DNA of 64,000 nucleotides from Parcubacteria group bacterium LiPW_41 (GTDB lineage Bacteria; Patescibacteriota; Minisyncoccia; UBA6257; GWB1-50-10): NCBI GenBank assembly GCA_007375535.1, contig VMEM01000004.1, positions 22,545 to 86,544 of the forward strand, read 5' to 3'. Shown piece by piece: positions 57,634 to 64,000 of this stretch (position 1 is its first letter; each line of letters starts with the position of its first letter). The notes under the pieces were generated by a model. It saw only the letters and a program-made list of their open reading frames with translations, ran no database searches and was not told where the DNA came from. The position numbers and the translations under genes were made by a program.

Positions 57634-57954
57634 ATGTTAAATTCAAAGATCGCAAAAACATTATTATTGTCGATAGCATTTGTAGCAGTTGCTCTTTTTT
57701 CTACATCTCCAGTAGAAGCAATGCGAGCGGAAAGCTGCTATACCGTTAATACATATTCTATTGGTACATGCACCTTTCGTGATTATGTTTGTTATGTTTC
57801 TGATTCCGTAATTTGGAGTCCAAGTGGAGGTTCTCTTCCTGCTTTTGGTATAGAGACAAGAGCTGGAGGATGGGGTACAAATGGTTGGGGTTACGATTTT
57901 TACTCAGGAAATTCATGGGGTGATCAGCTTGCTGGGTGTGGCCTTTATTATTAA
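57634..57954 (+). CDS. small secreted Cys/Trp/Gly-rich protein
   Basis: signal peptide MLNSKIAKTLLLSIAFVAVALFSTSPVEA, mature ~77 aa with 6 Cys and WG/GW repeats; followed by a strong terminator (57976-58005). Confidence 0.5.
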   Translation: MLNSKIAKTLLLSIAFVAVALFSTSPVEAMRAESCYTVNTYSIGTCTFRDYVCYVSDSVIWSPSGGSLPAFGIETRAGGWGTNGWGYDFYSGNSWGDQLAGCGLYY

Positions 57955-58082
57955 AAACCTCAAAAAATAGTGTATTAAAAAAACCTCCAAACGGAGGTTT
58001 TTTTAATGATTTAATTTCATTCGTGTTTTCTTTTCTTTTAATTATCTGTTACACTCAGAATATAAAAAGGTAATATAAAAAT

Positions 58083-58193
58083 ATGGCAAAAAGACGCACT
58101 GGTGTGGGGAAACCAAGAAAAACACACTCTCACAAAACAAAAAAGCGATTAGAAGCGAAGAGGGTAATGTTGGCAGCAAAAAAGAAAAAATAG
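58083..58193 (+). CDS. very basic 36-aa protein (possible divergent small ribosomal protein, bL34/bL35-like), not in ORF track
   Basis: MAKRRTGVGKPRKTHSHKTKKRLEAKRVMLAAKKKK; own terminator aaaaaccgtccttgaaggacggtttt at 58197-58224. Confidence 0.3.
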   Translation: MAKRRTGVGKPRKTHSHKTKKRLEAKRVMLAAKKKK

Positions 58194-58248
58194 CTCGAAA
58201 AACCGTCCTTGAAGGACGGTTTTAATTTGATTTATATATATATTAAAT

Positions 58249-59505
58249 TTACTTTGCTGCAGCGGTTCCTGCGACATATCCAGTTGTCCAGCAGATTTGG
58301 AGACTATATCCTCCTGATGGCCTGTCGATATCAAGTATGTCTCCCGTGAGAAAAAGTTTTTTGCATAATTTCGATTCCATTGTTTTTGTGTCTACCTCTG
58401 TAAGTGGAACTCCGCCACTCGTCACTATCGCTTTTTCTTTTCCTAATATACCCTCGACATTCATTGGGATGCCCTTAAGAATTTTTGCTAAAAACAAACG
58501 TTTTTCTCTTGTGATACTATGACAAAACGTCTCTGGTTCTATATTAGAAAAATCCATTATAATTTTTTGAAACGTAGAAACTGGAGCAATGGTATTTACT
58601 ATGTTTTTAAATTTTTTATTTTGCTCTTTTATAAAAAGCGCTTGAAGCATTTTGTTTGTTTCCCCATCCCCAAGATGGGGGAGTATATCAAGTTTTATAA
58701 CAACTGGTCCATAATGGAGAAGGTCTCTGACGTCTTTGCTCATATTTATGATCGTGGGTCCGCTTATTCCAAAGTGAGTAAATAATACATTCCCTTTTTT
58801 TGAAAATTGTTTTTTGTTATTTTGAAATACATTTATTTTAATATTACTTAATGTGACACCTTGCAATGTTTTTACCCACTCGTCACTGATCGCAATTGGT
58901 ACGAGAGATGCGTCTGATTCTTCTATTGTGTGCCCAAGTGAGGCAAGCCATTTAAATCCATCACCCGTTGATCCTGTTTCGGGGCGAGAGGTTCCTCCTG
59001 TTGCGATGATAATTTTTTTTGCTTTAATGATTTCATCCTCTTTCGTTTGTATAGAGAATGTGTTGTCTTTGTTGATGGTTATATTACTTACTATTTTTTT
59101 TGTTTTTATGGTGACATCACCCTTATTTATATATTTAATAAGAGCATCAAGTACTGATTTTGCTTTATCACTAATTGGAAACACACGTCCTCCTGCCTCC
59201 ATTTTTGTATCAAGTCCGTGTTTATTAAAAAAAGAAATCGTGTCCTCAATATTCATTTGAGAGAATGTAGAGAAAAGAAACTTTTCATTTTCTTTTAACT
59301 TTGAGAGAAATGCACGCGTACTTGGTTCAGCATTAGTGAGATTACAACGACCTCCTCCTGTTAATAGTAGTTTTTTCCCAAGCGTTTCATTTTTTTCTAT
59401 GAGAATTACACGGGCACCTAATTCGGCTGCTCTTCCAGCCGCCATCATACCAGATGGACCTCCTCCTATCACTGCCACATCCCATATTTTGTGATCTCCT
59501 TTCAT
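58249..59505 (-). CDS. HI0933/BaiN-like NAD(P)/FAD-dependent flavoprotein
   Basis: DVAVIGGGPSGMMAAGRAAELGARVILIEK dinucleotide-binding motif; TGGGRCNLTN family signature. Confidence 0.8.
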   Translation of the reverse strand: MKGDHKIWDVAVIGGGPSGMMAAGRAAELGARVILIEKNETLGKKLLLTGGGRCNLTNAEPSTRAFLSKLKENEKFLFSTFSQMNIEDTISFFNKHGLDTKMEAGGRVFPISDKAKSVLDALIKYINKGDVTIKTKKIVSNITINKDNTFSIQTKEDEIIKAKKIIIATGGTSRPETGSTGDGFKWLASLGHTIEESDASLVPIAISDEWVKTLQGVTLSNIKINVFQNNKKQFSKKGNVLFTHFGISGPTIINMSKDVRDLLHYGPVVIKLDILPHLGDGETNKMLQALFIKEQNKKFKNIVNTIAPVSTFQKIIMDFSNIEPETFCHSITREKRLFLAKILKGIPMNVEGILGKEKAIVTSGGVPLTEVDTKTMESKLCKKLFLTGDILDIDRPSGGYSLQICWTTGYVAGTAAAK

Positions 59506-59583
59506 CTGTTTATTGAAGTATAATTGACATTACCTTATTTTTCTAGCAGAATTAATCGCTGACTCAACATACATCAAATTTTT

Positions 59584-60962
59584 ATGGCACACAATGAAGT
59601 TATATTGCGGTTTGATAAGGTTTCTTTCGATTTTGGATATCACCACCCTATTTTAAATGAGGTTGATTTTTCTTTGCGTAATGGCTGGAAGGCGACACTT
59701 ATGGGTCAGAACGGATCTGGAAAGAGTACCATCCTTAGGCTTATCACTGGTATTCTTCACCCAGAATCAGGAAAAATTCATATTGCGAATGGGATGAGTG
59801 TTGCGACTGCTCGTCAGGTAATTCCTCGTGATGAAATGCATCTAACTGTGCGAGAGTTTTTTGAAAAGTGTTTTCCAAAAAAGGTGTATGACATTGATCC
59901 TCGTATTGATGAGGTTCTTGAGGTGGTAAATTTACACGCTCCGCACGACAGACCAGTGAAATCATTTTCTGGAGGACAACAGGCTCGGCTTCTTCTTGCC
60001 TCTGCGCTTATTCAGAAACCAGATTTGCTTCTTCTTGATGAGCCGACGAACAATCTTGATAAAGAGGGAATTGCTCATCTTACTCAGTTTTTGATTGATT
60101 ACAAAAAAACATGTGTTGTTATTTCACATGATGCTGAGTTTTTGAATTCATTTACACAAGGAGTTTTATATCTTGATGTTCATACTCACAAAATTGAACA
60201 GTATGTGGGAAATTATTCTGATGTTGTTGAACAAATTTCGTTACGTATTGAAAAAGAGAATAGAAAAAACGCACTTCTCGCTAAAGAGATTCAAGAAAAT
60301 AAAGAGAAGGCAAATTTCTTTGCGCATAAGGGAGGGCAGATGCGTTTAGTTGCAAAAAAAATGAGAGAAAAGGTAGAGGAGATGGAAGAGGAAATGGTGG
60401 ATGTGCGAGCAGAGGACAAAACAATCCGACCATTTGTAATACCATTTCAAGAAGATATCATTGGGGAAATATTACACATATCTTCATATACCGTTTTTAA
60501 AAATCACAAACCAACAAACAAAAAAACCAATATTTCTTTAAAAAAGAACCAACATTTGTTATTGAGGGGGCCGTTCGTGTTGGATATTACCGACAGGATT
60601 TTTCTACATTAAATTTTGATGATACAGTTTATCATTCGCTTGCTTCGGTAATGGATAGAGTAACTGAAGGAGAGATACGATCAGTTGCTGCAGGTTTTTT
60701 AATTGGAGAGAATACAATGAAAGCAAAGATTGGCACTCTTTCTGAGGGGCAGAAGGGACTTGTTGCATTGGCACAGCTTGTATTATTGCGTCCTGGGCTT
60801 CTTATTTTGGATGAGCCAACAAATCATATGAATTTTCGTCATCTTCCGGTGATTGCTGCTGCGCTTGATAAATATGCTGGTGCAATGATTCTTGTGAGTC
60901 ACGTTCCAGAGTTTGTTGGTCAGATCCGTATTGATGAGGTTTTTGACCTTGAGAAAAACTAG
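59584..60962 (+). pseudogene. ABC-F family ATPase with degenerate/frameshifted second nucleotide-binding domain
   Basis: NBD1 intact (GQNGSGKST, LSGGQQARL, LLLLDEPTNNLD); NBD2 has signature LSEGQKGLV and Walker B LLILDEPTNHMN but lacks a Walker A; reading frame breaks at a G5 run (~60566-60570), giving track ORFs 59584-60612 and 60651-60962. Confidence 0.55.
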
Positions 60963-61043
60963 TTGACATGATTTATTTCTAGTGGCTTGCTATTTTTCTT
61001 AAAAAAGAATAGAGTTCAGAGAGTTGATAGTCAACATATAAAA

Positions 61044-61697
61044 ATGAAAACGTTTAAACGCGGAAATAAATCAAATGACAGAGGTGGAAAGAGAGAGTTT
61101 GGCGGACGAAGTTCCAACAAGCGTGGTTTTGGTGGTGGTGACAGGGGAGCAGTGATGACCACAGTAACGTGTAGTGATTGTAGAAAAGAATGTGAGGTTC
61201 CTTTTAAACCAACGGGGAATCGACCAGTTTATTGCAGCGACTGTTTCCGAAATCATGATAGTGAAGGAGGATCAACACGATCTGGTGGTAACAATTTTAA
61301 AAAGCCAAGTTTTGGTGGAAAAAGAGACTCCTCATTTATGAGTAGGGACAAGCAGATGTTTAATGCAACATGTGATAAATGTGCTCGACAGTGTGAAGTT
61401 CCTTTTAAACCAACAGGAGATAAGCCGGTCTATTGTAGTGATTGTTTTGAAAAAGGAGGAAGTTCAATAAATAGAAATAATAATGATAAGCCATCAAATC
61501 AATATAAGGAGCAATTTGATGCATTAAATAACAAATTAGATAAGATATTGAAACTGCTCGCTGTTCCTACCCCAGCAAAGGAAGAAATCAAGGAAGTTAT
61601 AATTAATAAAAAAGAAGAAGTTGTTGAGAAGAAAGGAAAAACGAAGAAGGTTACAATAAAGAAAGTTTCAGATAAGAAAAAAAAGATAAAGAAATAA
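61044..61697 (+). CDS. basic protein with two CxxC-x17-CSDC zinc-ribbon repeats
   Basis: two copies of C.DC...CEVPFKPTG..PVYCSDCF; RGG/KR-rich N-terminus and KK-rich C-terminus; start at ATG 61044 (MKTFKRG). Confidence 0.5.
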   Translation: MKTFKRGNKSNDRGGKREFGGRSSNKRGFGGGDRGAVMTTVTCSDCRKECEVPFKPTGNRPVYCSDCFRNHDSEGGSTRSGGNNFKKPSFGGKRDSSFMSRDKQMFNATCDKCARQCEVPFKPTGDKPVYCSDCFEKGGSSINRNNNDKPSNQYKEQFDALNNKLDKILKLLAVPTPAKEEIKEVIINKKEEVVEKKGKTKKVTIKKVSDKKKKIKK

Positions 61698-61704
61698 TAC
61701 TTAT

Positions 61705-61738
61705 TAAAACCCCGCCAATCCATGGACTGGCGGGGTTT
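61705..61738 (+). terminator. intrinsic terminator (palindrome family C copy 2)
   Basis: aaaaccccgccaatccatggactggcggggtttt; near-identical to the 13256-13290 hairpin. Confidence 0.6.
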
Positions 61739-61770
61739 TAATTAGCAGAAAAAGATTATACTCAATATAT

Positions 61771-62337
61771 ATGAAGATTGAATCGGCACAATTTATAAAG
61801 AGCGCACTTACCAATGATTTTGTATTTGAGGATGGTATTCCTCAAATAGCATTTATTGGTCGTTCGAATGTGGGGAAATCAAGTATTATAAATTCGCTCG
61901 TTGGCCAACGTGATCTTGCAAAGACGAGTTCTTTCCCTGGTCGTACGCAGATGATAAATGTATTTTTAGTTAATAAGTCACTTTATTTTGTTGATCTTCC
62001 TGGATATGGATATGCGAGGCTCTCTCAAGTACAAAGGGATGAATTGAGAGAAATGATACGTTGGTATTTCTTTGTTTCTCATTCTAATCAAAAGAAGGTG
62101 GTGTTAATAATTGATGGGAGTATTGGTCCAACGAAAGATGATTTGGAGATGCTTCATAGTCTCGAAGCACACAGAAAGGATATTGTTGTTGTAGCGAACA
62201 AAATAGACAAGGTAAAAAAGTCAGTATATAAAAAACACCTTCATTTAATATCAAATGAAATTGGTGCTCACACCCTTATTCCTTATTCAACCAAAGACAA
62301 GGTTGGTATAAATGAATTACTGAAAGAGATTCTTTAG
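61771..62337 (+). CDS. engB: ribosome biogenesis GTP-binding protein EngB/YsxC
   Basis: G1 GRSNVGKSS, G3 DLPGYG, G4 NKID; N-terminal basic extension typical of YihA. Confidence 0.85.
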   Translation: MKIESAQFIKSALTNDFVFEDGIPQIAFIGRSNVGKSSIINSLVGQRDLAKTSSFPGRTQMINVFLVNKSLYFVDLPGYGYARLSQVQRDELREMIRWYFFVSHSNQKKVVLIIDGSIGPTKDDLEMLHSLEAHRKDIVVVANKIDKVKKSVYKKHLHLISNEIGAHTLIPYSTKDKVGINELLKEIL

Positions 62338-62600
62338 TGAAATATATGGAAAATCATTTCACTGTCTATATATTAGAATGTTCTGATTCAACTTTTTACA
62401 CTGGAAGCACGAATAATCTCAAAAAAAGATTGAATGAGCATAATCACTTAAAGTCTGGCGCTCATTATACAAAAATACGCAGGCCAGTTGTTTTGAGGTA
62501 TAAAGAAAAATGTAACACTTTTAATAAAGCAAGAAAGCGGGAGGCGGAGATTAAGTGTCTTACTAGAGAGGAAAAGAAGCGCCTTATAGAAAAGAAGTGA
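62337..62600 (+). CDS. GIY-YIG nuclease-family small protein (second copy)
   Basis: FTVYILECSDSTFYTGSTNNLKKRLNEHN; same family as 13302-13556. Confidence 0.7.
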   Translation: MKYMENHFTVYILECSDSTFYTGSTNNLKKRLNEHNHLKSGAHYTKIRRPVVLRYKEKCNTFNKARKREAEIKCLTREEKKRLIEKK

Positions 62601-62763
62601 TACAAAAAGTGAGCTTTTAAGTGATTGGTTTGACCGTGTCTCTATAAAGTGCTATTATCGCTAAGGCAAGATAGTTATTGAATAAAAATGTAGTCGAGCT
62701 TATTCCAGAAACTAGACTTTAGGATAAAACCTTAGAACACAAATTAAAATTAACTTTACAATC

Positions 62764-62964
62764 ATGGAAGGAACAATAAAGAATCTCGTTGAAGAAAAGG
62801 GATTCGGATTTATCACTGTTGATGGAGAAGCTAAAGATTTATTTTTTCACAGCAACGAACTTAAGGGCGTAAGCTTTAATGAGTTACAGAGAGGTGATCG
62901 AGTATCTTTTGAAAAAGCAGATTCACCAAAAGGACCAAACGCAGTAAATGTAACTCGCATTTAA
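62764..62964 (+). CDS. cold-shock protein (CSD)
   Basis: GTIKNLVEEKGFGFI RNP1 motif, FFHSNEL RNP2-like; 66 aa. Confidence 0.85.
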   Translation: MEGTIKNLVEEKGFGFITVDGEAKDLFFHSNELKGVSFNELQRGDRVSFEKADSPKGPNAVNVTRI

Positions 62965-63041
62965 CTTAGTAGGGAGGTCACACTAAAAATACCTGAAATA
63001 AAAATTTCAGGTGTTTTTGTTTATTGATATACTTATTGTAT

Positions 63042-64000
63042 GGATCACAAAAAAGCCTCTTTTTCTATATCCCTCCTTGTTATCACGGTTTTGTTTATTA
63101 TTGCGGGATATTTTTTTGTTTCTTTTGAAACAAAAAAAATTGAAAATGAATTACACAATACGTTAATGCACGCGACAGAAGTTTTGCTTGCAGCATTAAA
63201 TCCAGAGAGAGTCGAAAGATTTGAGGGTTCTTTGGCAGACTTAAATAGTCCAGATTATATTCGGGTAAAAGATCAAACTTCAAAATTAGGAAAAATCTTT
63301 GTAGAAAATAGTGTTGCGTCATTCTATATTATGAGAAAGACAAACAAGGGTGTAGTATTTCTTGTTGATTCAATTGTTCCTGGTAGTGAGGATTATAGCC
63401 CCCCAGGAGAGTTGTATATAAAACCAAGTGCAGAAATTTTTAGTGTGTTTGATGATGGTGTTCCTAAATTGGTTGGACCGTACACAGATGAATATGGGAC
63501 GTTTGTTTCTTATTTCGCTCCTATAAGGAATTTTTCGAGTAACAAGATTATTGGGGTTGTGGGGACTGATATAGATTATAATGCGTACGTTGCTTCAGTT
63601 CGTAAGGAACAAATATCAAATTTTTTGACATTGTTTGTTATTTATCTTTTTTTCGTTGGAATTATTTTCTTTTTTGAAAAGCGTAGCGAGGCACAGAAGA
63701 TGCTTCGAGAAAACGAGGAGAGATTGAGGGTTATTACAGAAACAACACCAGATGCAGTCATTATGATGGACGAAAAGGGAATTATTTCATTCTGGAATCA
63801 GGCAGCAGAAACCCTTACCGGATATACAAGAGAGGAGGCAATCAGTAAAAATCTTCATGAGCTTATCTCCCCTCAGGGTCTCTATGATATAGAAAATTCT
63901 AAAAATCTTCATGAATTTATGGCGACGGGAAAGAGTCCAATTCTTAATACGATTGTTACCATAAAGATAAAAACAAAAGAAGGAAAAGAAAAAGATGTTG
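63042..64000 (+). CDS. sensor protein, N-terminal part (TM - periplasmic sensor domain - TM - PAS); truncated by window end
   Basis: two TM helices flanking a ~190-aa extracytoplasmic domain, then PAS-like TPDAVIMMDEKGIISFWNQAAETLTGY; reading frame continues to the last base. Confidence 0.6.

Overview
This is a low-GC, gene-dense bacterial window with short intergenic spacers, few Shine-Dalgarno sequences and many A-tract/GC-stem/T-tract hairpin terminators. The gene content and organisation are consistent, by inference only, with a small-genome Patescibacteria/CPR-like organism. No rRNA genes or CRISPR arrays were seen.

Contents, left to right:
- 0-9.4 kb: housekeeping genes (PduO-type cobalamin adenosyltransferase, NUDIX, cysteine desulfurase, SIMPL, HtrA, ClpB).
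- 9.4-30 kb: a long surface-glycan locus. It opens with a 1118-aa Ser/Thr-rich secreted protein carrying an N-terminal peptidoglycan-binding domain, followed by a Wzy_C/O-antigen-ligase-family membrane protein, a polyprenyl-P-sugar synthase (GT2+GtrA), a GT39/ArnT-like GT-C enzyme, RmlC/RmlD, two SAM methyltransferases, four GT2s, a GT9, a Wzx flippase, a winged-helix regulator and a WbaP-like initiating phosphoglycosyltransferase. I read this as a candidate surface-protein (S-layer-like) O-glycosylation system.
- 30.6-36.0 kb: a locus bounded by two copies of a 35-bp perfect palindrome, encoding a 1470-aa secreted protein. Its N-terminal domain belongs to the zinc-dependent phospholipase C / S1-P1 nuclease superfamily, followed by two lamin-tail domains and a PKD domain.
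- 36-55 kb: redox and translation genes (3D-domain protein, RluA, DsbA, TrxB), pilus-assembly-like genes, Pth, LepB, HisS, HIT, S21, YqeY, YbeY, FtsA, FtsZ, a class II B12-dependent ribonucleotide reductase (NrdJ), a GH18 hydrolase, hemerythrin and a VanY-type peptidase.
- 55.8-57.4 kb: a tRNA region. It holds tRNA-Lys(CUU) on the minus strand and a tRNA (anticodon tentatively GUU, Asn) split by a 545-nt intron-like insertion that encodes an HNH endonuclease. Two orphan tRNA 3'-end fragments sit nearby.
- 57.4-64 kb: a flavoprotein, an ABC-F ATPase whose second nucleotide-binding domain is degenerate and frameshifted, a zinc-ribbon repeat protein, EngB, two GIY-YIG proteins (the first is at 13.3 kb), CspA and a truncated PAS sensor.

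Recurring small repeats:
- Three families of perfect palindromes, each present as a pair.
- A 7-nt-periodic (NNAAATT)n element inserted in frame twice into the cysteine desulfurase gene and once upstream of clpB.
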